Shown here piece after piece: positions 38,664 through 49,494 of a stretch of DNA of 64,000 bases. This DNA comes from an uncultured Gemmatimonadaceae bacterium (GTDB lineage Bacteria; Gemmatimonadota; Gemmatimonadetes; Gemmatimonadales; Gemmatimonadaceae). Within the stretch, counting starts at the first letter, position 1; every line of letters starts with the position of its first letter. The notes beneath the pieces are model-generated. The model made no database searches. It saw nothing but the letters and a program-made list of their open reading frames with translations, and was not told where the DNA came from. Position numbers and translations under genes: made by a program. Location: assembly GCA_963761305.1 (NCBI GenBank), contig CAVXGK010000001.1:1248001-1312000 (forward strand), in the 5' to 3' direction.

Positions 38664-40629
38664 ATGAAACCCAAAGAACTGACGATCCGCGGCCTGATCC
38701 TCGGCGCGCTGATCACCACCGTGTTCACCGCCGCGAACGTGTACCTCGGCCTCAAGGTCGGCCTCACGTTCGCGTCGTCGATTCCCGCCGCGGTGATCTC
38801 GATGGCGATCCTGAGCGCGGTCAAGGACTCGACGATCCTCGAGAACAACATCGTGCAGACCGTCGCCTCGGCGGCCGGCACGCTCTCGGCGATCATCTTC
38901 GTGCTGCCGGGACTCGTCATCGTCGGATGGTGGACCGGGTTTCCCTTCTGGCAATCGTTCCTGATCTGCGTGTCGCGGCGGCGTGCTCGGCGTGTTGTTC
39001 ACCATTCCGCTCAGACGCGCGCTCGTCACGAACTCGGATCTTCCTTACCCCGAAGGCGTCGCGGCCGCCGAAGTGCTGCGCGTCGGATCGGGTACGCGCG
39101 GCGAGACGAAGGACGACACCGGCGAAGCGCGCGAAGGTCTCGTCGCGGTGATTCTCGGAACGGTTGCGTCGGCCGGATTGGCGATCATCACGGCGACGCG
39201 TGTCGCCGCGGCCGAGGTCACCGGCTTCGTGAACCTCGGCACGAACGCGTCGACCGGATACAACGTCGCGTTCTCGCTCGCGCTGCTCGGCGCCGGGCAT
39301 CTCGTTGGACTGTCGGTGGGCATGGCGATGCTCACGGGTCTCATCATCGCCTGGGTGATCGCCGTGCCGATTCTCACCGCGATCTCACCGGCGGCGGCGG
39401 GTGTGACGCTCGCCGCGCACACGACGACGATCTGGCGTACCGACGTGCGATTCATCGGCGCCGGCGCGATCGCGATCGCCGCCATCTATACGTTGGCGAA
39501 GTTGGCCAAGCCGGTCGTCGGTGGACTCGTCAGCACGCTCGCCGCGTCCAAGGCGAAGGCCACGGGCGACGATCGCGACCGCGACCTCGCGCCGTCGTGG
39601 ATCTACGTGCTGACCGCGGGATGCCTCGTGATCGCGGCGTATCTCGCGTACACGTTCGCCAAGTCCACCGTGCTGGCGCCGAGCGCGACGACGCTCACGC
39701 TGATCGCGGTGCCGTTCGTGCTGCTCGGCGGATTCCTGATCGCCGGCATCTGCGGCTACATGGCCGGGCTGATCGGCGCGTCGAACAGCCCGATCTCGGG
39801 AGTGGGGATTCTCTCGATCGTGCTCTGCGCGTCGGCGCTCGTCGTCGCCGTGCACCCGACCGAGGCGACGCGGCCCGCGCTCGTGGCGTTCGCGTTGTTC
39901 ATCACGGCGATCGTGTTCGCCTGCGCGACGATCTCGAACGACAACTTGCAGGATCTCAAAACCGGGCAGCTCGTCGGCGCGTCGCCGATGCGGCAGCAGA
40001 TCGCGCTCATCGTCGGCGTCGGCGCCGGTGCGGCCGTGATTCCATTCGTGCTCAACCTGCTGGCCAAGGCGTACGGGTTCGCCGGCGCGCCGAACATCGG
40101 CGTCGTATCTCCGAATCCGCTCCCCGCGCCGCAGGCGACGCTCATCTCGGCGCTCGCGCAGGGCGTGATCGGCGGCAACCTCGCCTGGAAGATGCTCGGC
40201 ATCGGCGCGTTGGTGGGCGTCGGCCTCATTCTGCTCGACGAAGCGCTCGGCGCCGCGGGCAAGCTGCGCATCCCGCCGCTCGCCGTCGGCATCGGCATTT
40301 ACCTCCCGATGTCGGCCACGTTCGCGGTCGTCATCGGGGCAGTCATCTCGCACTGGTACGACAAGCGCGCGAAACAGACGCCGAACCCCGAACGCGCCGA
40401 GCGTTTGGGCACGCTGGTGGCGTCGGGGTTGATCGTGGGCGAGAGCATCTGGGGCGTGATCAACGCCGGGCTGATTGTGGCTCTTTCGAAAGACGCGCCA
40501 ATCGGCCTCGAGCCGGAGGACTTCGCGCCGGCGCCGTGGCTGGGGTTGTTGTTGTTTGTGGCGGCGATCGTGTGGCTGTACGGCTGGATGCTGCGAAAGT
40601 CGCGCGCAGTCACGTCGACGCGCCGATGA
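38664..40629 (+). CDS. OPT family oligopeptide transporter, frameshift near 38976
   Basis: ELTIRG, NVYLGLKVG, ENNIVQT, LPYPEG, SNSPISG, NDNLQDLKTG, APQA. Confidence 0.92.
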
Positions 40630-40758
40630 CGAGTCCGCTATAAGGAAATAGTGACCGGGGAGCAGGACTCCGACGTCACCGAGACATTCGTCACCGGATG
40701 CGCGCGCTGGCACACCCCCCGCACTAGGGATCGCTATCCAATTGATCTGGGGGGAGAG

Positions 40759-41034
40759 ATGGCCGACATCATTCAGACGCCCGGGCCGGTAAACGCCGGT
40801 GGCGGTGGCAGATCGGGTGCGGGCTGGGCCGTGGCAGTCGTCATTCTGCTGGCGGTGATCGGGTGGCTCGTCTTCGGCGGCGGGCTGCGTCGCACGACCA
40901 CATATCGCGCCGACGTGAAGATCACTCCGCCGAGCCAGACGGCTCCGCCGAGCGGAAACAACGGCGGGACCGGCAGCGCCAGCGGCTCGGTGGCCGTTCC
41001 GCCAACGCCGCTATCCTCGCTAGTCGCTCGCTAG
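40759..41034 (+). CDS. Small single-TM hypothetical protein
   Basis: GGGAG RBS; GWAVAVVILLAVIGWLVFGG; low-complexity tail. Confidence 0.65.
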   Translation: MADIIQTPGPVNAGGGGRSGAGWAVAVVILLAVIGWLVFGGGLRRTTTYRADVKITPPSQTAPPSGNNGGTGSASGSVAVPPTPLSSLVAR

Positions 41035-41055
41035 TCGCTCGCTAGTCGCTCGCTA
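41017..41055. repeat. 11-bp tandem repeat TCGCTAGTCGC x3.5
   Basis: Directly visible between two convergent genes. Confidence 0.9.
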
Positions 41056-41418
41056 CGCGCGGCGGCGCTTGATGGCGCCTCGCGCGCGCGACGAGCGCTC
41101 GAACTGCCAACCCGTCTCGAGCAGCTCGCGCAACGCGGCGTCGGAGATCTTGCTCAGGCGGGCGAGCACGCACGGATAGTCGACGTAGTGCGGCCGGAGA
41201 TAGTAGACGTCCGGCGCCGCCTTCAGGCGCAGGTCGCGTTCGAGAAAGCTCATTCGAACGGCGAGCGTGCCGGGCTCCGCCGATTTGTCGACGGGGATGC
41301 AGGCGAACATCTTGCCGCGGACCTTGAGAGCCGGCGATCCGTAGCTCGTGCCTTCTTCGACGCCTTCGAGCTTCAGGCCAAGGCGCCGGACTCGGTTGAA
41401 CGTATCGTGTGCTGGCAT
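41053..41418 (-). CDS. MmcQ/YjbR family protein
   Basis: EEGTSYGSPALKVRGKMFA, HYVDYPCVLARL. Confidence 0.85.
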   Translation of the reverse strand: MPAHDTFNRVRRLGLKLEGVEEGTSYGSPALKVRGKMFACIPVDKSAEPGTLAVRMSFLERDLRLKAAPDVYYLRPHYVDYPCVLARLSKISDAALRELLETGWQFERSSRARGAIKRRRA

Positions 41419-41501
41419 GCTCCCGACTCCAGACGGACGACTGACAACGTACGTCGTCGAAGCGTCGTCAGTCAGGAGTCGGGAGCCGGAAGCTCTCCCG
41501 G

Positions 41502-42014
41502 CTAGCAGTGCACCCGCGGATTCCAGGGGGCGAAGAGGCCGCTCGGGTTCGAGCGATGGGTCCACACGTGCAGGCCCCACAGCTGGAAGACGTCGTTCTG
41601 CGAGAACTTCTGGCCGAACAGCTCCGGCGGCGTGCCCGTCTTCGGCACGGCGGCGTACGGCACAACGAACTCCACGCCGACGAGGCTCATGTCGCCGTCG
41701 ACGCCCGGCTCGTAGATGAGGACTTCGGGATGGAGCGGATCGAGCGAGCCGTCGAAGAGGGTCGTGTTGCCGAAATGCACGCCCATCGCGCCTTGGTCGC
41801 CGTTCGACATGCAATCGGTGATCGCGATGTTGTAGCCGGCGGCCTTGGCGAGATTGAGGCTGGTGAACGCGTCCATCGAGTTGCGCAGCGATTGGACGTC
41901 AGGCGGCAGCGCCGGCGTTTCGCTCGTCGCATTATCGCTCCCGCAGCCGGCGCCCCACGCCGCCGCGATGGAGATCAGTGTTCCACAGACCGCGCTTCGT
42001 AGACCAATCTTCAT
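41502..42014 (-). CDS. Hypothetical lipoprotein (MGxH ... PEVLIY ... LHVW family)
   Basis: Lipobox GAGC; AKAAGY, GAMGVH, PEVLIYE, LVGVEF, LHVW, NPSGLFAPWNP. Confidence 0.75.
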   Translation of the reverse strand: MKIGLRSAVCGTLISIAAAWGAGCGSDNATSETPALPPDVQSLRNSMDAFTSLNLAKAAGYNIAITDCMSNGDQGAMGVHFGNTTLFDGSLDPLHPEVLIYEPGVDGDMSLVGVEFVVPYAAVPKTGTPPELFGQKFSQNDVFQLWGLHVWTHRSNPSGLFAPWNPRVHC

Positions 42015-42162
42015 GCTGGTGATCTCCGACATGTGAAAAGTGAAAAGGACTCGAGCGGGTGGGTATCGAGCATGCGCCCGATCCACTGGACGCATGCTCG
42101 ATATCCGACTTCGCTCGTCTCTCTTCGCCTTTCCGTCTCCCCTTGCAACTCCCCTCCCTCGG

Positions 42163-42194
42163 AAAAACGAAGAGCCCCGACTACAGGGCTCTTT
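42163..42194 (-). terminator. Probable intrinsic terminator
   Basis: AAGAGCCC/GGGCTCTT stem followed on the minus strand by CGTTTTT. Confidence 0.6.
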
Positions 42195-42251
42195 AAATAC
42201 GACGCCGGTGAAGGAGAGCGGACAGACACATCGTGAGTTACTCGGTACGAT

Positions 42252-42587
42252 GCCGTGTTCGTTCGATCCGGTGCCGGCTTCGTTCGATCCGGTGCCGTCT
42301 TCGTTCGATCCGGTGCCGTCTTCGTTCGATCCGGTGCCGTGTTCGTTCGATCCGGTGGCGGCTTCCTTCGATCCGGTGCCGTCGTAGCTCGATCCGCTGC
42401 GGTCGCAGCTTGATCCGGCGCTGTCGTAGTTCGATCCGGTGCTGTCGTAGCTCGATCCGCTGCTGTCGGAGTTCGATCCGCTGTCGCCGGAGTTCGATCC
42501 GTTGTGGTCGAACCACGATCCGTCGGCCTCGTACTTCGTTCCGGCGCGGCCGGAGTTCGATCGTCTGCGGTCTTATGGTGATCCGTT
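42252..42587. repeat. 21-bp tandem array, ~16 units
   Basis: Consensus GCCGTCKTMGTTCGATCCGGT; register kept without indels, units diverge toward 42587. Confidence 0.9.
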
Positions 42588-43150
42588 GCGATCGTACGGC
42601 GAGGCCGTGTCGTCTCGCGTCGGTCCGCGGCAACCGGGGATCGATGCTTAGCAAACTGAGCGCGATGTGAGGTCCTGGCGGCGGCCGGTGACGCCGATTG
42701 ACCAACGGCAGTTCGGCTCGCACCGTGCCGCCTCGTGCGCGCGACCCCGGTGAGAGCGAACTGATCGCCGTCGCTCGTCGTCGTGAAACGAGCGGCGACG
42801 GTGCGGGCGCGCGGCGCAACCGACTGAATGCGCAGCTCACCCTGGTGCGCGAGAGTCTTCGTCGGCGTCGCTCGGTCAGTTTGCGACGGAGTGATGGATG
42901 TCGCGATCTCGCCGCTGTAAGCGACGAACGAAATGACGATCAGTGCGATCGTGACGACGTGCATGGCGATGGATTGGAAAGTGGCGACGGATACGCGGCG
43001 TTCGGGCGATCGGCGGTGACCGATGCGAGGCACCTCTATGCGAGGCCCTCTATAGATGAATCGCACCGCAGCCCGTTTTGCTGCGCGATGTCCGCTCTGG
43101 TGGACGTCGGAGAATCTCCTGATAGGGAGGGGACACTCCGCCGAGCGAAC

Positions 43151-46100
43151 TCAGTGCGAGCGCGATTCTCCCGAACGCCGATGCGAGGCGAGCGCCTTGC
43201 GCGCCTCGTGCACAAACGGTTGCAATTCGGGATCGGCGTCGCGCCACGCGTCGGCGACCAGCGCGTAGCTCGCCATCGCCTCGTCGGTGCGACCGAGCTT
43301 CATCGCGACGCGCGCCCGCTCCAACGTCCACCACACGTCGTCGAACCCGTTGCTGCACGCGCTCGTCCCCGGCCAGCGTCGCTCGAGGCGAGCGGCCGCG
43401 TCGTTGTACCGCTTCTTCGCGATCAGCAGCTGCACGAGCGTCATGCGGTTGTCGTACCAGCACCCGTGCAGCGTGTCGCTGTTGAACATGAACTGCCGGA
43501 GCGCCGACAGCGTGTCGCGTCGGGCGAGCGCGAGGTATGCGCGGCCCGCGGCGATGTTCGCGCGGAGTTCGGCCGCTTCCGATGGCGTGCGCGGCCGGAG
43601 CTGCGCGATCGCGAAGTGATCGATGTAACGCTGAATCGACGCCGTGTCACCGTCCGTCGCCCACCATCCGTACAGCTTGGTGAACTGCGTGCGCGGCAGG
43701 AGATCGAGGATTCGTTTCGCCTCGGCCCGCGCGCTGTCGGCGGGCAGCATCCCGATGCGCGTCATGTTGTAGCGCACGGTCGACCGAAGCCAATGCGCGT
43801 GGGTCATCGTCATGGCTTCCGCCTCGCGCAGATGCCCGCGGAATTGCAGGCCCTGGATGGCCTGCTCGGCGGCGCACGACGGATGCTGTCCGTCCGTCAA
43901 CGCCTCGGCCGGGCGGCGGGCGAGCTCGCGCGCGATCCGGACGATCGTCTCGGCTGAATCCGTAACGTGTCCGAGCAGACGCGACGCAACGCATAGTTGC
44001 TCGGGCGGCAGAGTGTCTACGAGGCGCTGGATATCCAGGGACGCGGCGCGCGACGGATCGAGCAGCACGTCGGCCAGACGGATGAAATCCGACCGCGGTC
44101 CCGACGGCGAGAGCGACAGGTACGCGCGCGCGTAGCGGCGCCCGTCGTGCGCCCCGTCGAGATACGTCGCGAGCCGGATCGGCGTGAGGTACGCAGGCGC
44201 GAACGAGGAGTCGAGCTCGATCGCGTGCTCGTAGTGCTGGAGAATCGACCGTTCGTCGACCTCGCCGAGCACTACGTTGTGCTCGTACCGCATGCGCGCT
44301 TCGGCGTACAGGAAGCACATTTCCGCGTCGTTCGGGTAGCGCCCGAGCGCGTCGGTGAGGAGTGCGATCAGCCGGTGAGCTATCGCGTCCTCTTCGCCGT
44401 ACTTGCCGGTCTGGAGCGCGCGCCGCCACGCGAAGTAGCCGGCACCGAACAGCGAATCGGCGGTCGCGAGCAACCGTTCGCGCGGTCCCAGGCCCCGCTG
44501 AAAACGGCTCGCCTGCAGGAGCAGCAGGAAAGCCGTCGAGTCGGGGATGTTGCTTTTCTGATCGCGCCAGAAACGGACGGCGGCGAGACGGTGATACGCC
44601 AGGGCGAACGTGGAGTCGGTCGCGAGCGCGCCCTCGAAATGGGTCTGCGCCGAATCCCAGAGTGCGGCGCGATAGAACTGTTCGCCGCGCAGATACTCCT
44701 TGAGCGCGGCGAGCGACACGGTCGGCGACGACGTCGCGTGCGCGAGATCGATGTTTCTGGAGCGTCCGATTTCACGAAGCACGGCGACGGTCATCGAGTC
44801 GGACAGACGGTCCATGCGGTCGGCGGCGTCGCGCGCTTGAACCTCGGCGACGGTGCGGCCGGTCGCGACGTCGAGCATGCTCAGCGTGGCGCGGACCGAG
44901 TCACCTGCGGAGAGCAGTCCGCCGAATACCACGAGGCGAGCACCCGTCGCGCGCCCCAGCTCGCGCGCCGACTGCGGGTCAGCGCGGCCGTGCCACCGAT
45001 GAATGACCTGCGACGCCGGGACGGCGCGAATCGGTCCGGCGCCGTCGAGCCCGCGCGACAACACGTCGACGAGTCCTTCCTTCCATATACCGAGCGACGA
45101 CGATTCGACGTCGAACGGCGCGACGGCCACGAGATCATGGTCGAGCGGCGTCGTGCGCTGCGTCCGCATCGCCGCGATGGCGACGAGGCTCGCCGCCGCG
45201 CCGGCGGCGAGGAATCCGATGGCGAGCGGCGCTTTTCGCACGCGGCTCGATTCACGGAGCGCGGCGGCCAGCTCGCCGGCGGTGTCGAATCGATCGTCAC
45301 GCAGCGGCGACATCGCGCGCATCACGACGGCGGCGAGACGGCGCGACACGTACCGATGTAATGGCGCCGGGTCGGCACCGACGCGACCGGCATCGCCCTT
45401 CGCGCTTTGCCCGCGCATGACCGGACGTTGGCCCGTGAGCATCTCGAAGAGCACGCAGCCGAGCGAGTAGACGTCGCTGCGCCCGTCGATGTCGCGCAAG
45501 CCGACGACTTGTTCGGGGCTCATGTACGACGGCGTACCGGGCAACGATGTGCCGCCGGTCGGCTCGTCGCCGCCGTTCGAGATCGCGCGCGCGATGCCGA
45601 AGTCGGCGACGAGCGCGTGTCCTTCCTGCAGCAGGATGTTGGCCGGCTTGATGTCGAGATGGACGACGCCGCGCCGGTGCGCGTAGTCGAGGGCCAGCGC
45701 GACCTCGCGGCCGAGTCGGACCGCCTCGTCGCGCGTGAGACGGCGATCGCGTTTCAGTCGCTCGCGCAGCGACTCGCCCGTGGCGAGCGGCGACACGAAG
45801 TACACGAAGGTCGGCTCTTTGTCGTCGCCCGAGCGCACTTCGCCGGAATCATGAAGCGGCAGGATGTGCGGGTGGGCGAGGCTCGCCGCGATCTCGATCT
45901 CGCGAACGAACCGCGCGCGGTCGATCGAGCGCGCGATGTTCGAGTGCACCGCTTTGACGGCGACCCGCCGCGCGTGTCGGAGATCGTCGGCCAGGTACAC
46001 GGTCGCCATGCCGCCGCGTCCGATCTCGCGAACGATCCGATAGCGGCCGCCCAACTCGCCCGGCAGCTCCGGCTCGTTGAGGAGCGGCGCATACGCGACG

Positions 46101-46297
46101 GCCGCGGGCGCCGTCAGAAATTCATCGCTCAGGTCGCACGCCGAGAGCAGCGCCATCAACTCGGCCGCCAACTGCGAGTCGCCGCCGCACGCGCGGTCGA
46201 CCCATTCCTCCCGCTCGTCGGGACAAATCTCCAGCGCCGCGTCGAGGAGTGGGTCCAGCACACTCCATTGCTCGCGGGAGAGCGGTGCGCGGCTCAT
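43151..46297 (-). CDS. Ser/Thr protein kinase with TM helix and TPR-like C-terminal region
   Basis: N-terminal W..LD.LLDAAL...R...C.GD typical of ECF-linked kinases; [35 protein letters not shown]. Confidence 0.9.
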   Translation of the reverse strand: MSRAPLSREQWSVLDPLLDAALEICPDEREEWVDRACGGDSQLAAELMALLSACDLSDEFLTAPAAVAYAPLLNEPELPGELGGRYRIVREIGRGGMATVYLADDLRHARRVAVKAVHSNIARSIDRARFVREIEIAASLAHPHILPLHDSGEVRSGDDKEPTFVYFVSPLATGESLRERLKRDRRLTRDEAVRLGREVALALDYAHRRGVVHLDIKPANILLQEGHALVADFGIARAISNGGDEPTGGTSLPGTPSYMSPEQVVGLRDIDGRSDVYSLGCVLFEMLTGQRPVMRGQSAKGDAGRVGADPAPLHRYVSRRLAAVVMRAMSPLRDDRFDTAGELAAALRESSRVRKAPLAIGFLAAGAAASLVAIAAMRTQRTTPLDHDLVAVAPFDVESSSLGIWKEGLVDVLSRGLDGAGPIRAVPASQVIHRWHGRADPQSARELGRATGARLVVFGGLLSAGDSVRATLSMLDVATGRTVAEVQARDAADRMDRLSDSMTVAVLREIGRSRNIDLAHATSSPTVSLAALKEYLRGEQFYRAALWDSAQTHFEGALATDSTFALAYHRLAAVRFWRDQKSNIPDSTAFLLLLQASRFQRGLGPRERLLATADSLFGAGYFAWRRALQTGKYGEEDAIAHRLIALLTDALGRYPNDAEMCFLYAEARMRYEHNVVLGEVDERSILQHYEHAIELDSSFAPAYLTPIRLATYLDGAHDGRRYARAYLSLSPSGPRSDFIRLADVLLDPSRAASLDIQRLVDTLPPEQLCVASRLLGHVTDSAETIVRIARELARRPAEALTDGQHPSCAAEQAIQGLQFRGHLREAEAMTMTHAHWLRSTVRYNMTRIGMLPADSARAEAKRILDLLPRTQFTKLYGWWATDGDTASIQRYIDHFAIAQLRPRTPSEAAELRANIAAGRAYLALARRDTLSALRQFMFNSDTLHGCWYDNRMTLVQLLIAKKRYNDAAARLERRWPGTSACSNGFDDVWWTLERARVAMKLGRTDEAMASYALVADAWRDADPELQPFVHEARKALASHRRSGESRSH

Positions 46298-46935
46298 CGT
46301 CCGGCGGTCGCGAGGCTCCGATGCTGCCCGGTGTTGGACGGCGGATCGTTGAGCGCGCGGTAGAGGATCGCGCGCGCCTTGGTCCAATCGCGGCGCACCG
46401 TTCGCGCGGTGATGCCGAGACTCTCCGCCGTTTCCTCTTCGGTCATTCCGCCGAAGAACCGGCACTCGACGACGCGCGCCAACCGCTCGTCGATTCGCGC
46501 GAGATCGTTGAGCGCCTCGTCCAGCTCGAGCAGCGACTCGGGATCGTGACCGCCATCGACGAGTCCGTCGTCGAGCGTGATCGGCCGCTGCGTTCCACCG
46601 CGCTTGTCGGCGGTGCGACGTCGAGCGCGGTCGACGAGAATGTGGCGCATCGCGATCGCGGCGACGCTCAGGAAGTGCGCACGGTTCTGCCAGCCCGATC
46701 CTTCGGACCGCGAGAACTTGAGGTACACCTCGTGCACGAGTCCGGTCGCCGACAGCGTGTCGCTGGGGCGGACGGCGAGCTCGCGACGCGCGGTGCGCCG
46801 GAGCTCGTCGTACACGAGCGGGAGGATTTGGTCGAGTGCTTCGGTGCGCCCGGCCCGGAGCTCTTCCCGAAGCTGGGGAACGGCCGCCACGGCGGCGGCC
46901 GACCATGGGGTGGGGGACTGCTTCGGTCTAATCAC
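46294..46935 (-). CDS. ECF sigma factor, kinase-associated (ECF43/TIGR02999-like); start uncertain
   Basis: [59 protein letters not shown]; 4-bp overlap with the kinase start. Confidence 0.9.
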   Translation of the reverse strand: MIRPKQSPTPWSAAAVAAVPQLREELRAGRTEALDQILPLVYDELRRTARRELAVRPSDTLSATGLVHEVYLKFSRSEGSGWQNRAHFLSVAAIAMRHILVDRARRRTADKRGGTQRPITLDDGLVDGGHDPESLLELDEALNDLARIDERLARVVECRFFGGMTEEETAESLGITARTVRRDWTKARAILYRALNDPPSNTGQHRSLATAGR

Positions 46936-47342
46936 AGTATGCCAATCAAGAAGTTGACAATAACGACTTGCCCGCCCGCGTCGGCGGTTCGTCACGGGGA
47001 CGGTTGCGTATCCTGGATCCGGGGACCGTGCCGGCGATTCGTCGCCGGCGTCATCGCGCGACGTTCGAGGCTAGGCCCGAGCAGCCGTGAATCGCGACGA
47101 GGTGGAGGTCGATCCGAGCACTGATTCGGCGTCCGTCAGTAATGAATAGTTGCTGCGTCGACAATCAGTGTAGACGGGTCGGCCGCGAAAATCTACTCCT
47201 GCATTCGTCTTTGAATTCGACCTTTCAGAAGCTGAACAAGCGTCGTGATTTGCATCACGATGGCACCCCATGTACTCGCATCACGAACAGTCCACGTTGC
47301 GTCGCCATACGGAATTTTCGCGGAGAAGCGGACATCGTTCCG

Positions 47343-48110
47343 TCAGATTCGACCCGGCTTGAGCAGCCGGCGCATCTGCTCCCGATACGTGCGCCCGCTC
47401 GTCACGCGGGCGCCGCTCTTCATGACGAAGACGTAATCGCCCTTGAACCACGGTTGAGCTTCGCGAATGTGCGATCGATTCACGATCGCCGATCGGTGCA
47501 CGCGCACGAAGCGATCCGAATCGAGGCGTGCGACCAGCGAGTTCATCGACTCGCGCGCCACCACGGTCTTCGCGCTGCCGCCGAGGTGCAGCCGCACGTC
47601 CTTGCCGACGGCTTCGATCCACTCGACATCGGCATCGTCGAGGAAGACGTGGCGCCCGTCCGTCTTGACGACGAGTTGGTTGTTCGCCCGGCCCCGAACG
47701 CGCGACATCAGCGTCTGGACAGCGGCCTGCACGTCGCCGGCGGGCGCGGCGCGGCGCGCCAGCACGCGTCGCATCGTCGCGGCGAATCGCTCCGCGTCGA
47801 ACGGCTTGAGCAAATAGTCGCACGCGCTCACCTCGAATGCGCGGAGCGCGTACTGGTCGTACGCCGTCACGAACACGATGAGCGGCAGCGCGCGTTCGTC
47901 GAGCGATGCAACGACGTCAAAGCCGTTGACGCGCGGCATCTGCACGTCGAGAAACACGAGCTCGGGCGTGTGCCGCCGCGCCAATTCGATCGCCGACGCG
48001 CCGTCGGCCGCCTCGGCGACGATGTCCACGTCGGGCCATCGCGCGAGAAACGACCGGAGCAGCTCGCGCGCCGGCTCTTCGTCATCGACGATCAACGTGC
48101 GAACGGTCAC
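47343..48110 (-). CDS. LytTR family response regulator
   Basis: IVDDE, FLDVQMP, FVTAYDQYA, DYLLKPF, FVRVHRSAIVN. Confidence 0.95.
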   Translation of the reverse strand: MTVRTLIVDDEEPARELLRSFLARWPDVDIVAEAADGASAIELARRHTPELVFLDVQMPRVNGFDVVASLDERALPLIVFVTAYDQYALRAFEVSACDYLLKPFDAERFAATMRRVLARRAAPAGDVQAAVQTLMSRVRGRANNQLVVKTDGRHVFLDDADVEWIEAVGKDVRLHLGGSAKTVVARESMNSLVARLDSDRFVRVHRSAIVNRSHIREAQPWFKGDYVFVMKSGARVTSGRTYREQMRRLLKPGRI

Positions 48111-49273
48111 GGCACCGTCACCGGCTCGGCACGCCTCGCGGTCAGTTGAGCCCGTGCGTGGAATGGGAGCGTGAGCATCACGACGAATTCTCCGTCGCCG
48201 GCGGCCGCGGCGCGAAAGCGGTGCGACGGCCCGTAGAGCTGTCGCAACCGCGCCTCCAGATTCGTCAGCCCGATGCCGCTCGTGGTTGCCGTCGTCGTGG
48301 CGATCGCCGCGCCGTCGTTGCGCACGACGAGCGTCAAGTCATCGTCGCGGCGCGCGGCGCCGATCCAAATGCGACCGCCGTCCGCATTCGGCTCGATGGC
48401 GTGTCGCACGGCGTTCTCCACCAGCGGTTGCAGCACGAGACTCGGCACGAGCGCGTCGAGCAGATTGTCGGGGACCGTGATGTCGGCGCTCAGTCGGCTG
48501 CGAAAGCGAGCGCGCTGGACGTCGAGGTAGCGGCCGACGAACGCCAGCTCATCGCGCAGCGGGATCTCCTGCTGCGCCGTGTGGTCGAGCGATGCGCGGA
48601 GCAAGTCGCCGAGCGCGGAGACGACACCCTGCGCCGCGGCGACGTCGCTCACCATGAGCGACGAGACCGTGTGCAGCGCGTTGAACAGAAAATGCGGCTG
48701 CAGCTGCGTGCGGAGCGAGTTGAGCTCCGCGCGCGCGAGCTGCGCTCTCAGATCGGCCTCGCGGAGTTGGCGCTGGCGAAGGTCGCGATACGAAAGCGTC
48801 GCGTGAAACGCACCCATCGTCATGCCGAAGATCAGCAGGTTGAGCGACGAGGTTCCCAGACCCCACGACCAGAGAAAGGACGCGAGCGGGCGCGCGGCGG
48901 GGCCCGGACCCGGGCCCGCCATTCCGAAAAACTGAAAACCCACGTAGCGAATCACGAGACCGGTCATCGTCGACTGCACCGCGACGTACGCCACGCCCAG
49001 CGCGAGCCATGCCACCAATCGTGGAGCGAGAGACGAGCCCGCGCCGAGGCGAATGTGCCGCCCGATCGCGATGACGAACGGCACGAGCGTCGCCCACACG
49101 ACCCAGTCGAGTGCATTGAGCGCGAACGAATGCGCCCAATTCACCGGCGCGCCGCTCGCACTGCGCCGAATCACGTCCTGCGCGGTGAACAGCAGCGTCA
49201 AGCCGACGGCGCTGGAGAGAACGAGCGTGACGACGCGCGGAACAGCGCGCGAGTCGTGGGACGAGAACGCCAT
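48107..49273 (-). CDS. LytS/YehU-type sensor histidine kinase
   Basis: 4 TM segments; LRTQLQPHFLFNAL, LQPLVENAVRH, GIGLTN. Confidence 0.93.
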   Translation of the reverse strand: MAFSSHDSRAVPRVVTLVLSSAVGLTLLFTAQDVIRRSASGAPVNWAHSFALNALDWVVWATLVPFVIAIGRHIRLGAGSSLAPRLVAWLALGVAYVAVQSTMTGLVIRYVGFQFFGMAGPGPGPAARPLASFLWSWGLGTSSLNLLIFGMTMGAFHATLSYRDLRQRQLREADLRAQLARAELNSLRTQLQPHFLFNALHTVSSLMVSDVAAAQGVVSALGDLLRASLDHTAQQEIPLRDELAFVGRYLDVQRARFRSRLSADITVPDNLLDALVPSLVLQPLVENAVRHAIEPNADGGRIWIGAARRDDDLTLVVRNDGAAIATTTATTSGIGLTNLEARLRQLYGPSHRFRAAAAGDGEFVVMLTLPFHARAQLTARRAEPVTVP

Positions 49274-49494
49274 TCCGCCAATCTCGGCTCCGGCGCAGGA
49301 GAGCGCAAACGACTCAGCATTCGCACCGGATACCCGTGACTGAAGGCTGCCGTTGCCCTGCCGTACTCTCATTGCTCTCCGCGCCCCGTTCGTTCGCCTC
49401 CCGACCCCATTCGCGCCGAATTCGTTGAGCCAATCGCTGGCGCGGCCCACCTTCCCGGCGAGTGCAGCTCATCCCAGGCTCACGAGGAGTCCTC

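Noticed and set aside
42252..42587. 21-bp array as a CRISPR array
   Set aside because: No spacers; degenerate head-to-tail minisatellite.
46298..46906. N-terminal 200-aa extension of the kinase in the ORF track
   Set aside because: It overlaps the ECF sigma gene in another frame and is Arg-rich shadow sequence; the kinase starts at 46297.
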